Below, piece after piece: positions 54,401 to 64,000 of a stretch of DNA of 64,000 nucleotides. This DNA comes from Octopus sinensis (Eukaryota). Under the pieces are notes generated by a model, which worked only from the letters and a program-made list of their open reading frames with translations, made no database searches and was not told the DNA's origin. Made by a program: the position numbers and the translations under genes. Each line of letters starts with the position of its first letter. The stretch's first letter is position 1. Location: assembly GCF_006345805.1 (NCBI RefSeq), contig NC_043002.1, forward strand, positions 40,796,001 through 40,860,000. The letters run 5' to 3'.

Positions 54401-57400
54401 TCTTTCGATTGAGATGAACTCGTCGTAGATAGAGCGTATGATTAAGAAGTTTTCTTTGCAACCAAATGGTTCCACGTTCGATTCTGCCTATGATGCAGCA
54501 GTTCTCTTTTGTCCCTTAGTAGCCTTAAGCCATTAACATGAACACATTCTTAGCATATTCTAACCTGCACCTTTACCTCCTGAATCTCAAAGTTTTTGTC
54601 CCTGTTCAAAAAGTCACTGTCTTTGTATTTATTTAAGTTAATTATTTATATTTTACAGGTTCAGCAGCTTAAAACTAAATTAAAGGAATACGAAAGTGTA
54701 GATTTGAAAGCAAGCATACCCAAACTGCAAGAATGTGAAGAAGAAAAAAGGTTTATATTGAACTTTTAAAAGCATATATTACTTTCATTTGAGAGCTACT
54801 AATTGATGTTTTATAAATTAACTTATCAATAGACATTTAGCTGTTGTATATTTATCCAGTCTTTCGATTTTCATTCAGCAGTAGATATGACAGTAATAGT
54901 TACTTTTGTTCTCTCTTTAAGATTACAAGAAATCCTTTATAATTTATTCACTGAAAGGAAGTCTATTCGCAAAGAGATCCTCAAGCAAGAAAGTGACCGA
55001 CGTGCCAACCGCTGGAAAATACACTGCAAACAGCATCTTTTGACACAAATGGAAGCTGAGGACCAGGGTGAAACTGATGAACATCTGTTAAAAGTAAGTT
55101 GGCCAAATATATGAGATCTGATCAATTAATATCCGGACTGTTGCCATAACAACAAAGCTAATGCATGCAGAGGGAAGCTGCTTGGCACAGGTTGACCTTG
55201 ACCTCTGCTGTGCATGTGCACTAAGTTTTAACATTCTAGCTCACTCCCATTGTTTACAGCAGTGCTTCAAAGTGATGTGTGATCGTCACACTGGCCATGA
55301 TAGAGAAAGTTGTCATGGCTTTACCTGTCAGAGGCCTATGCAAAGTTGCAGAAAGTGTATATGGGTTGCACAGAAGTGTACGAGTGGTTCAGACGTTTCC
55401 AAAATGGATAAAAAAATGACTATATATGGAGTGGTTGGTGTTAGGAGGAGCATCCAGCCGTAGAAACATTGCCAGATCAGACTTACTGGTGCAGCCTTCT
55501 GGCATCCCAGACCCCAGTCGAACAGTCCAGCCCATGCTAGCATGGAAAGCGGACGCTAAATCATGATGAAATGATGATGATAGAACATGATTCAGAAAGA
55601 TTTGGCTGCTGTTTCTAGCTTGTTAAGCAATCACTTAATTTCTTGTTAGTTTGTAAGGATTTTTATAAAGCTCAAGTATTGAGAATTAGCTACACTTGTC
55701 TGTCTTAATCCTCTGAGACCTGGGCCTCTGTGTCTAATTTTACTCCTACTACTGCCTGAGCTCCTGAGCAAAAAAAAAGAAAAATAAATAATTACATACA
55801 TGACTCAAGAGTTAATGACTGCAGGCAAACTGATGTACAGAATCAAAAAAAATTCAAGAGAATAGCAATAATAGGCCTATCTCTCAACTACTGTATTTGT
55901 TCACATGAGTCGCTATTTTCCTCATCACTTTCACCTGTTTGATTGTCCAAATCACTCTCCATTGCCAGCATAAGTTTAAACACTTCATCCAAAGAATAAA
56001 TATCATCAATAATTTCGTCAGCTGTTTAAAGTCTAGGCGTTGCTCATTTAGCAGACAAAGTGCTGGGTTCATCATGTGCTTGTTTCATTGCAAAATCATT
56101 TTTTTCGCCCGATTAAACCACTAAAGGAACACCACTAACAATGAGTGATAAATACACTTGACTACAAAGCTGCAATGTAATCAGTTGTCTAATTTTCGTA
56201 TTTTATCTTCTACTTCTATGTGTGTTGTTGATTGCTGCTTTAGTCGGAATCCAGTCAGGAATGACATTTAAGCTATTCCTTCTATAGTAGTAACATAGCT
56301 TGACATGGACCTACAGTTAAGGAAATGTTATTTGACAAATGTCTACTGAATGAAGCTGACATTTAATTTTTCTATTTTGCTCTCTTAATGGGTTGCTTTT
56401 AAAAAGTGTAACTGAAGGCAGTTGGCATGAGTGGATGACACTTTCTAAATATTGAAAATCTGGTTCTTAAATTCATCAGCAACTTTACACTAATTAGAGA
56501 GCCATTTGTTGAAAGAAGATCTCGTTGTAATAAAGAGAGCATGTCAGATAAAAACATTTGCCTGTGTGAGAAATCTGTGTGTTTTAGAACTTTGTGATAA
56601 AGAGAACATGTTAAAAAGAAGGCTGTCTATAATATTTCAATTTCCCATTTTTTCCCCCCTACAGAAAACTAAGAAAGCTATTGATTTATCCAACAAAAGA
56701 ATAAAAAGCATCGATACTAATATTGCTAATTTGAAAGAGAAATTTGTCGAAAATGAAAAACACTTGGAGCGACTTCAGGGAGAGATGACACTGAATGGAG
56801 AGAAGAAGATAACAGCGGTATTTAATTATTTGTTCTTTTACGTGGTACTTCATAATCTGTCTGAAGTTTCTCCATTTAAAATCTTTAATTATTAATTTTC
56901 CAATACATTTTAGAGTTGTTTCCCTTTATAAAAGTGTGTCTGTTTTGTTTGAATTGAATTTTGTTTTTTTGGAATATAAAGGTTATTTTTTTTCTGTGTT
57001 GTAATATTAACGATTTCTTTCCTCCAGCTCCTTGAGGAGAAACTACGATCTCACCATCTGGAAGTAGAACTGGGAGATTCTCTCACTTACATCAATCACG
57101 TAAAGAAAATTGCCAACTTTCAAGAGGTAGAGAATAACTCGAAAGACAGGTGTGTTAAATTTTCTGTGTTTTTTTTTCTTAATAAAATTCTGGGCTACCT
57201 CTCGTCACTATCAGAGCTGGTAGTTTCATTTGAGAGTGTAGGATTCATATTTGATTTGCAAGCCATGTACTATTATTCTCTCATTAAATACTTCCCCCAC
57301 TTTTCTTTTGTGTGAACAATGGTGTTATTGGTTTATAGAGTTCCAGCTGACTAATTTTGTGGTTCACAGCTTTTACTATGTCAAGTATGATAAGTGAAAC

Positions 57401-60400
57401 TCTTAAAAGATGTGCATGCACACACATGCGCATATACACACATATATAATAGCTTCTACAAAGTTTCTACGGACCAGATTCCACTTACGAAGCAATGGTT
57501 AGCCTGAAACAACGAGGGGAGATACTTGGCCAAAGTGCTATGCTTGAACCTGGAACTACGTGGTTGTGAAGTGAGCTTTTTAAACACAGTCATATATGTA
57601 CCCCTACTCAGCATCCTTGCACAGATGTTTTCCCTTACTTGTTAATCAGAGGATATGGTAGGTAATGTACAAAAGCATTTTAGACCCTCTCTGCCTGAAA
57701 GATAGGAATTAGTACATCAAATCATAGTAATTTGTATTGTTAATCTCTTTTCTTTTTCTTGATGTTATCCAAGTCAAAACTACTGAATAAATTGTTTGTG
57801 AAGAGTCTTCATCATGTTTACATCATCATTTAACATCCCTTTTTCCATGCTGACATGGGCTGCACAGTTCGGCAGGGACCACCAAGCAAGAGGGGTGTGT
57901 TGATCTCCAATGCCAACCATTTTACAAAGTATACTGGGTGCTTTTTACATGGCACTAACACTAGTGGGGTTATTAAGTACTTGCAGGACAAGATCTTTTA
58001 TCCTTAACAGAGTGGAGTATAATAATGAAAGATCTGAAAGTATAATATGGGAATGTAAACAAAATAACCAGTTGTCTAGCACTGGAGAAGCACAGATACA
58101 CACACATGCATATACATGTATATAACAGGCTTCTTCCAATTTCCCTCTCCCAAATCGACTTATAAGGCTTTGATTGGTTTAGGGCAATAGTAGAAGAAAC
58201 TTGCCTAAAGTGTCACACAGTGAACTGAAGCCATTTGGTTGAGGCGTGCCTATGTCTGTTCTGAATTCTGGTTTTGTTTTCCTTTCCAGGTTGATAAACA
58301 GCATGCAGCAAACAATGACAAAATTGTATAAAACAGTTCAGCAACATCAACTGCTTTCCTCAGAACTTCAAGTGGATTATAATCAAACCATGAGGCAAAG
58401 GTATGGAGAAAAAGAAGTAGTGTGGGTTGATGAGACTATACTAAAAGAAGCTGACAAAAACCCAGATTCAATTTCACTTGAAGGTACTCTAGACCTTCCG
58501 ACTCTCAGCCGAGTTGTTTTGTCACGTAAGTTCAATTTTCTGTTGTAACTGAATTTGTTTTCATAACTGCTTTTTTTAAAACTGTAGTTGTATTCTTTTT
58601 TTTCTTTTTTCTAAGTTTCATTTATTTCTTTTGTGTTTTACTTACAGCCACCTTGGATAAAAATATTAGACAAAGGAGGGAGTCTTTAACTCCTATTTTG
58701 AAAAAAACAAAATGCTTTCTTAGTAAGTACTCACTCCAAGTTCTTTGGGCAAACACTGACACGTTCATTTAGTGTGGTGTACATTCATCTTTGTTACTGT
58801 TTTTATGACAAAATATTGAATTCTGTTTGTGATTAATGTTACTTTCCATAACCCTTTTGATACCAACCTGGCTGAAACCACTTCTGGTTCTGTAGTACAA
58901 ATGTCTTATTTCCAAAAGTTCTTAATTAAAAATCTTCCACGAAACCTTAGTCACAATTTATGTTCCTAACACTAGCTTAATGATAACTAAGATGTTTTAC
59001 TAAATTCTTTGTTATATTTAAAATTTATTGAAAGAAATACAGAGCATCTCAATAGAAATAAGGTAACAAAAGGGTTAATTATCAATGCTTTTTTTTTGCA
59101 TATCAGCATGGATTGGCTAAAAGTATAATATAAACATCTTTTCAAGCATTACTTTTGTAAGCTTAATGCTGTAAACCAGCGTTTCTCAATCATTTTTCAC
59201 TTATAGACCCCTGTGATTCCTATTTTATTCAGTTGGACCCTTCTGGCCATTCCATCTTTAAAAAAAATCCTATTATATTTTTATAAATTAATATTAAGAA
59301 TTGCATTAAAGAAAATGAAAATATTTTGTATATTGTAGAAGCATAAGCAATTTATTGCAGATAAATTTTAACAGCAAAATCTTATAGAACCCCACCAAGG
59401 GTCATATGAACCCCAGTTGAGAAACACATGTAAACTCCGTCCCTACTACTTTTCCAAATTCTTTGATCTGTTGATGACACTGTTTCTGTTACATCAGAAA
59501 TGATGCAAGTATATACATCATAACCATTGTTTTAACTTCCACTTTTCCCATACTAGTATGGGGAAACTTATTTTTTTGTTTTTCTTTTATGACCATACAC
59601 CCTTTCAGTTTTTAACTCTTAGTTGTTTCCAATTAAAGTACTTATTGCTCTGGTTTTTTGAGTAACTATATGCTCCATAGTTTTAACAATGGTACGGATT
59701 AATATGGTGACATTTTTTTAAACGATATCAAGACACCGATAGGACAAGCATGCATGCACATGTATCCATACATAGACCTGTATGAGAAGACCTGCTCTTG
59801 GATGTTAAATCTCATAGATGAGATGATTAAGAACTGAGATGACTGGAGACATGGTGTACTTGAGAAGGCCTGCCCATTTATGCAGACATAACAAAAACTG
59901 ATATTGTAATGGTGGGACTGCATAATGTGAATGCATACATTTGGGTCCCTGTATCTACTCTGTAATTAATGAAAGAAGAACTCATTACTACATACACCAC
60001 CACCCTTCCTGTACTGCCAGTCATTCTCCTTTCCCTTTTTTAAAACAAACTGATTGTGAACTCTGGGAGTCAAAAGTTTAAGTGAACTGTTAATTAACTT
60101 TCAGGTATCCCTGATTTAATCAAAGTATTTGGACATTTCTACGATTAAAATAGTATTTTGTTTGAAGTATGCTTCTAATTTATATTTATACTGAGTTTAT
60201 AATTGAAAATAATTTTACTTAAAGTTATCTTTACAGATATTCTATAGAAATTATGGCCACCACTGATTTTTGTTACAATTTTTTGTAAAAACTTCCAAAA
60301 TATGGCATATACTCCCATTACTCATTTTCCATCTTTGATTTCATTGTCTGTTTACATCTGCCATCTTGGATACGAAATGCCATAACAAAAGTCAGTGCTG

Positions 60401-62844
60401 TCTATAATTTCTAAAGAACATCTTTAGAGATAATCTTAACAAGTGATGTAAAGTGCACTGCTAATACTGTAGAACACTGTATTGACTTACAAAGATGTTT
60501 AATATACTTTGTAGTATATTCATCATCATCATCATCATAATCGTTTAACGTCATTATGGTTGCATAACGAAATACTGTGTCCCTACAAGCCACGAAAATA
60601 ATTTTGTCCTTTAAACCTTTTCTTTTCCTCCTAAAGATTCGAAATGTAACACTCCTATGAGTCAAATTGATCAAACTCCTAAAATGCAAAGGAGAGAAGA
60701 TTACACTTCAAGGAATTCTACCATTACAAGTTCTACAAGAAAGCTGAATAATTCAACAGTATCAGCAGTGGACCAGTCTTTAAAACGGCCAAGATCTGAA
60801 GAGAGTAAATCAGCACCAAAGACCTCTGAAAGATTGGTGCTTGTTAGTAATTCTGATGGACTCAAAAGTCCCAGTGTGGAAAATCAAATCTCTGTAGTAA
60901 GTTCTAGTATGAAAGAAAATGATCCAAGAAAAGATACTGTTAGTGACGACGTGACAGCCCTTAATAATACAATTTCAGAAGAATCCGAAGTAGAAAACAT
61001 CATCAAAGATGTTTCAGAACCTAAGAAATGTAAGTCTTTGTCATTTATGGAATTTTATTCTTTCAGTGATAGGAATTTGGTGTTGCCTTAAAATTCTCAT
61101 CCACCCTACATCACCTCCACTTGAGCTAGCTAATGTTATGGAAATAAAAAAAATAAAAATACCTGGCCCTCCATTGGTTTCAGTGTCATGGGTTCCAGTT
61201 GATGCAATCAACAGAACAAACTGCCTGTGAAAATTAACGTGTAAATGGCTGAGTACTCCACAGACATGTGTACCCTTAATGTAGTTCTCAGAGATTCAGC
61301 ATGGCACACGATGGGACAAGGCTAGTCTTTTGAAATACAGATACTACTCATTTTTGCCAGCTGAATGAACTGGAAATAAAATGCCTTGCTCAAGGATGCA
61401 ACATGAGGCCTGAAATCGAGCTTGTAACCTTACAATTGTGAGCCGAATACCCTAACCACAAAGCCACATACCTTCACTCTGTTGTGGAAACAGCTAGTTA
61501 AACAATGCACTCCATAAATGCTTTTAACCATGGCCATCCTTGTTTTATTACAGGCATGCTATCCTGAAATTTGTTGGGGAAAAATGATGATTGCTGTATT
61601 GAGTAGCTTGAGTGACTCCATAGATGTTGCTTTTCAACTTGTTGGTGGGGGTAGTGTTATTGATGATGGCATTACTGTTCCCTTGAACTAGGTACAAAGG
61701 CAATGTTGATTGACAGTGAATCTTCTTTCAATTGTAGATCATAGAACTACATTACTATGACATATATAGTTCTGTAATTTTGGAAGACTATTTGGGATTA
61801 TTTCAGCTAAATATTTTTTTTTTATTCAAGCAACCTTAAGTACTGGGCAAAAGCTGAAACCAAAATATTATATACCAAGAAGAATGTATACATGTAGTGA
61901 TTGTATGTATGTAGTTATTGTGACTTTGTGTTGTTGGAAGAGAAAGATTTATATGATCTCATTGGTGAGCTGGTTACTTAAAGGGTCAACCTAATACATT
62001 TGTTTATTGTTATGAATGAGAACTAAACATATTTTTTTTTTCTCCAAATCCCTTTGATCAGCTTAGGAATTATTTACATTTACCTGTACAAGATAGAAAA
62101 AGAATCTTTCCAAGTTGAAATTTGTTCAAAACAAGTGAAAGTACTACTAAAGATTGGTTTCAAATTTTGGTGCAAGGCAGCCAGTAATTTCAGGGGATGG
62201 GGTAAATCAATTACATTACATTGGTCCCAATGCTCAGCTGGTGATTATTTTATCAACCCCAAAAGGATGAAAGGCAAAGTCAACCATGGCAGAATTTGAA
62301 CTTGGAACATAAAGATGGATGATATATGCCACTAAGCATTTTGCCTGGCATGCTAACAGTTTTGCCACCTTACCACTTTGGTACTACTAAATATTACAGG
62401 GCGAGGTGAGGGTCTACATACGATTGCGGGATCGCCGACTTTCGTGGACAAGCCATGTGTCCAGGCAGACGCTGCGGGCTTGCCTAAATGCCTGGTGTAT
62501 TTGGGTGGGGTGGTGCCACCGGGCTGCCAGGTAACCGAATCACCTCCAGGATCGACGCCTCAGTGGATGTTGGGCAACGGTTTACGGGCCGGCTCGTACC
62601 CGCGGGTAGCCCCTTCCGTGGCCAATCCCACGGAGTGGGCTTTCTTGCTACTCGGGATGACCCACCGACATCTCGAGCCCAGGCTTGACGAAGGCCGGGG
62701 GACGCGTTTGGTACCTTTGGTTACCCTTGTACGGGAATGACATGCACGAGTTGGGTGAGAGCCATCACGAGCTGCCCCCTCCACCAAGGGCCTAAGCTCT
62801 CTCACCACAACAAGGTAGTACCGGGTATCCGCATCATCCTTGCC

Positions 62845-62875
<31 letters not shown>

Positions 62876-63142
62876 TAGACCTATTGAAGAATATGATTGC
62901 AACAATAGTAGCTGTCAAAATCTTTGCTAATATCTTAAGAAGTTGTGAAATCTTAAGTGTAACTGGAACTTGTTAATATCATTTTATTGCTTTTTCTCTA
63001 CAGGGTGCTCAATCGATACTATGAAAAGTCTTTCTGCGACAATAATAGCTACTACCCCCAATAGAAGTCTGGCCAGTATTGCCAGCAAAACACCAAGTCC
63101 TTTAGCACAACTGTTATCTCCAGCTATTCGACCTTCAACTAG
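31790..63142 (+). CDS. KIF18A: Kinesin-8 family motor (KIF18A-like), 16 coding exons, 3'-partial; join(31790-32105,40711-40868,43491-43595,46080-46190,49027-49224,50344-50441,52146-52221,53759-53833,54659-54750,54922-55093,56665-56817,57028-57149,58290-58525,58648-58722,60637-61029,63004-63142)
   Basis: Spliced frame is open for 839 codons with all GT-AG junctions and matching phases. Kinesin motifs: VRVRP, FAFDHVF, P-loop GATGAGKT, switch I NAESSRSH, switch [21 protein letters not shown]. The extended loop 2 (FDPADDRC...RRRNKNLTF) and the tail motif KEVVW point to kinesin-8/KIF18A. Orthology to 18A versus 18B is inference. Confidence 0.9.
32778..33330 (+). mobile_element. RTE-clade LINE RT fragment with PHD-like zinc finger
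   Basis: [15 protein letters not shown]...[11 protein letters not shown] followed by CSIC..CTQC..HKRC..CGRC. Confidence 0.88.
33425..33725 (-). mobile_element. RTE 3' UTR fragment (repeat-array part)
   Basis: TTTTATGTGCCACCGGCAC cores plus similarity to the 17720-17890 and 35220-35400 UTR segments. Confidence 0.7.
34033..35913 (+). mobile_element. RTE-clade LINE, 5'-truncated and internally deleted, with complete 3' UTR and (GAT)n tail
   Basis: APE endonuclease motifs ([33 protein letters not shown]) fused at ~34665 to the post-RT C-terminus ([16 protein letters not shown]...GRPRKTW). 10-bp direct repeat ACACATGCAT at 34023-34032 and 35914-35923. Confidence 0.9.
36000..37165 (-). mobile_element. 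Second RTE-type LINE family, RT-containing 3' fragment (frameshifted)
   Basis: [61 protein letters not shown]. Confidence 0.88.
37974..38153. mobile_element. pogo/Tigger-type MITE
   Basis: TA-CAGTAATCCCTCG ... CAAGGGTTTACTG-TA. Confidence 0.78.
40711..40868 (+). CDS. KIF18A: KIF18A-like coding exon 2 (P-loop: [15 protein letters not shown]...SYLE)
   Basis: tttttcag acceptor, GAG|GTAGGT donor, 158 nt; restores frame. Confidence 0.97.
41446..41665. mobile_element. piggyBac-type MITE (related copies: 63217-63433, partial ~2300-2354 and ~52690-52900; second family 58852-59074)
   Basis: CCCTTTAGCATT...AATGCTAAAGGG-TTAA termini; the copy at 63217 has TTAA on both sides. Confidence 0.78.
41750..43260 (-). 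mobile_element. Long, heavily decayed LINE (endonuclease to early RT)
   Basis: Minus-strand [14 protein letters not shown] resembles the IPK.G.P..YRPI region that precedes RT; composition differs from the flanks. Family not resolved. Confidence 0.45.
43491..43595 (+). CDS. KIF18A: KIF18A-like coding exon 3 ([10 protein letters not shown]...GLTLHK)
   Basis: tttacag acceptor, AAA|GTAAGT donor, 105 nt. Confidence 0.97.
45355..45640 (+). mobile_element. Highly decayed RTE RT fragment
   Basis: [14 protein letters not shown] at ~45390-45435. Confidence 0.65.
46080..46190 (+). CDS. KIF18A: KIF18A-like coding exon 4 (switch I: PQDEQ...[12 protein letters not shown])
   Basis: tttccag acceptor, CAG|GTATAT donor, 111 nt. 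Confidence 0.97.
46278..47143. mobile_element. Mariner-derived fold-back element made of two inward-facing 5' ends
   Basis: TIRs CG(T/A)GGTCTG(G/A)TCAATAAGTATC(T/C)GGACT, TA at the right end. About 250-bp inverted arms. + strand [16 protein letters not shown]; minus-strand transposase remnant similar to [12 protein letters not shown]...[17 protein letters not shown]. Confidence 0.82.
47348..47497 (+). mobile_element. RTE tail copy in intron 4 (further short copies at ~24600-24745+, 32186-32370-, 41345-41443+, 51400-51545+, 55430-55580+, 57820-57960-)
   Basis: Shared terminal ~130 bp ending CCAACCCATGC(C/T)AGCATGGAAA..GGACGTTAAA(T/C)GATG. Confidence 0.75.
49027..49224 (+). CDS. KIF18A: KIF18A-like coding exon 5 (switch II: VDLAGSERG...[23 protein letters not shown])
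   Basis: ttcgtag acceptor, AAG|GTAAGT donor, 198 nt. Confidence 0.97.
50344..50441 (+). CDS. KIF18A: KIF18A-like coding exon 6 ([32 protein letters not shown])
   Basis: Not in the ORF track; read directly. ttttacag acceptor, AG|GTAGGT donor, 98 nt, phase 2. Confidence 0.96.
50645..50985 (-). mobile_element. RTE tail copy in intron 6
   Basis: (CAT)n...AACGTCCACTTTCC...GCCCTTCCTAACGC and three GTGCCAC cores. Confidence 0.8.
52146..52221 (+). CDS. KIF18A: KIF18A-like coding exon 7 ([26 protein letters not shown])
   Basis: tttccag acceptor, AAT|GTAAGT donor, 76 nt; end of motor domain (helix 6). Confidence 0.96.
53759..53833 (+). CDS. KIF18A: KIF18A-like coding exon 8 (neck: [25 protein letters not shown])
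   Basis: tcccacag acceptor, GAG|GTTGGT donor, 75 nt; neck linker and start of coiled coil. Confidence 0.9.
53847..54140 (-). mobile_element. CR1-like LINE 3' fragment (same family as 15925-16420)
   Basis: [34 protein letters not shown]; (AAT)n tail begins ~13 bp after the exon 8 donor. Confidence 0.85.
54255..54460 (-). mobile_element. CR1-like LINE 3' fragment, second subfamily
   Basis: [19 protein letters not shown]...FKVSLD. Confidence 0.75.
54659..54750 (+). CDS. KIF18A: KIF18A-like coding exon 9 ([13 protein letters not shown]...ECEEEK)
   Basis: ttttacag acceptor, AG|GTTTAT donor, 92 nt; phase 2 matches the next exon. Confidence 0.85.
54922..55093 (+). CDS. KIF18A: KIF18A-like coding exon 10 ([10 protein letters not shown]...DEHLLK)
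   Basis: ctctttaag acceptor, AAA|GTAAGT donor, 172 nt. Confidence 0.88.
55112..55415 (+). mobile_element. Mariner 5' fragment of the same family as 46278-47143
   Basis: TA + TGAGATCTGATCAATTAATATCCGGACT terminus; encodes [12 protein letters not shown]. Confidence 0.75.
56665..56817 (+). CDS. KIF18A: KIF18A-like coding exon 11 (KTKKAIDL...EKKITA)
   Basis: cccctacag acceptor, GCG|GTATTT donor, 153 nt; coiled-coil-like. Confidence 0.83.
57028..57149 (+). CDS. KIF18A: KIF18A-like coding exon 12 ([14 protein letters not shown]...NNSKD)
   Basis: cctccag acceptor, AG|GTGTGT donor, 122 nt; phase 2 matches the next exon. Confidence 0.83.
58290..58525 (+). CDS. KIF18A: KIF18A-like coding exon 13 (RLINSMQQ...[10 protein letters not shown]...RVVLS)
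   Basis: tttccag acceptor, C|GTAAGT donor, 236 nt; contains a KxVxW motif. Confidence 0.87.
58648..58722 (+). CDS. KIF18A: KIF18A-like coding exon 14 ([25 protein letters not shown])
   Basis: cttacag acceptor, A|GTAAGT donor, 75 nt, phase 1/1, open. Confidence 0.78.
59177..59427. mobile_element. hAT MITE
   Basis: CAGCGTTTCTCAA...TTGAGAAACAC; flanking CTGTAAAC / ATGTAAAC. Confidence 0.7.
60637..61029 (+). CDS. KIF18A: KIF18A-like coding exon 15 (Ser/Thr-rich tail, [10 protein letters not shown]...EPKK)
   Basis: Long pyrimidine tract + ctaaag acceptor, T|GTAAGT donor, 393 nt, open; several S/T-P sites. Confidence 0.8.
62397..62875 (-). mobile_element. GC-rich island beginning with 31 nt of 28S rRNA (R2 target region); putative 5' end or short derivative of an rDNA-targeting retroelement
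   Basis: Reverse complement of 62845-62875 is TTAAGGTAGCCAAATGCCTCGTCATCTAATT, identical to the conserved 28S core. The next bases are GGCAAGG rather than the 28S continuation AGTGACG. About 60% GC, with many hairpins. Confidence 0.5.
63004..63142 (+). CDS. KIF18A: KIF18A-like coding exon 16 ([10 protein letters not shown]...SPAIRPST); gene continues past the window
   Basis: ctctacag acceptor, AG|GTAAGA donor, 139 nt, open in the phase required by exon 15. Confidence 0.78.
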
Positions 63143-64000
63143 GTAAGATTTTGTTTCATATTTTGAAACCCACTTTTTTCAAAGTTATTTTTCTAAGCAA
63201 ACATGGATGAAATTAACTCTTTAGCATTTAAACTGGCCATATCCAGCCAAATTATTCTAGATGTTTTATATTCAGACTGGCCAGGTCGGGCCTCTCCCAT
63301 CTACCCTATAATGTTATTCTAAAAATAGACAATTGCATCATCAAAATTTCAAAGTGACAAAATAATGCTTGATTAGTTCAAAACAATATGAATTAATAAG
63401 TATATTTAACAGAATAATCTGAACACTAGAGGGTTAATTTTACAGCAAAGGGGCTGGATGCCCTTCTTTCATTTTAGGGCAAAATAGTTTGGTTAGTTAA
63501 ATGAATCAGGTAGATGGTGATGTACTGAATGATGTATACAGTTTGTCAATGAATTGAAATTTGCCTCTTAGTTGGAGAATGAAAACAAAGACCTAACAGC
63601 CATTACTAGGGATTCTCAAAGAAAAAGGTAGATATGATTGAATATATCTATAGCTGCCATCATGCCTGATTGAATATGTCTATAGCTATCATCATTCCTG
63701 CTAATAAAGATCAGATATTTTCATTGGTAAAAAAACCAGGCAATGAATTGAGTCTTAATCCACAGAGAAATAGCTGTAAAACAGTAAATGTATTGAATTA
63801 ACTGCTAAGATTTATTTTCAATGTAAACTGATATTAGTTTCAAATTTTGGCACCAGACTAGTAATTTCAAGGGAAGTGTAAGCCTTTCAAGGTGGTCATG
63901 TTAATTTCATGAATGGCTGTTCTATTGATTGGATCAACTAGAACCCTCATCATTGTAATTGACAGTGCTAGTTTTTTCTTGGCTGTGACTTGGAACAGAT

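Noticed and set aside
46191-57027. U12-type introns (donors GTATAT, GTATTT)
   Set aside because: They lack the GTATCCTT consensus and a TCCTTAAC branch site; weak U2 donors are more likely.
62397-62844. Group I intron in 28S
   Set aside because: No nearby guide sequence giving a U-G pair at the junction, no recognisable P7 core and no 3' exon; nuclear group I introns are not known from bilaterian rDNA.
62378-62862. 100-120-aa ORFs on both strands of the GC island
   Set aside because: Expected by chance at ~60% GC; no zinc-finger or RT motifs; one starts inside the 28S bases.
62845-62875. Functional 28S rRNA gene or ordinary rDNA pseudogene
   Set aside because: Only 31 nt match; both sides diverge from the invariant 28S core.
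62872-62900. Pokey/piggyBac insertion at the 28S TTAA
   Set aside because: The sequence beyond the TTAA lacks a CCC/GGG piggyBac terminus.

Overview
AT-rich, repeat-dense eukaryotic DNA. The SINE families, the RTE LINE with a (GAT)n tail and the very long microsatellites look like an octopod cephalopod (Octopus-like); this is inferred from repeat recognition, not from a database search. There is one host gene, a + strand kinesin-8 (KIF18A-like). I reconstructed 16 coding exons from ATG 31790 to 63142 with GT-AG junctions and consistent phases (2519 nt, 839 codons + 2 nt). No stop codon is reached, so the gene runs off the right edge. A candidate cell-cycle promoter (CCAAT + CDE/CHR) and a short first exon lie at ~28.3 kb. 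The first ~27 kb has no recognisable host exons. That region and the introns are filled with decayed TEs: RTE, CR1-like, Jockey/L2-like and Penelope retroelements; maT (DD37D) and mariner elements; hAT, pogo and piggyBac MITEs; and at least three tRNA-headed SINE groups. The most unusual object is a ~480-bp GC-rich, self-complementary island in intron 15 (62397-62875). On the minus strand it starts with an exact 31-nt piece of the 28S rRNA R2 target site and then switches abruptly to non-rRNA sequence, so it is a candidate 5' end or short derivative of an rDNA-targeting retroelement sitting outside the rDNA. Most long ORFs in the supplied track are microsatellite artefacts.
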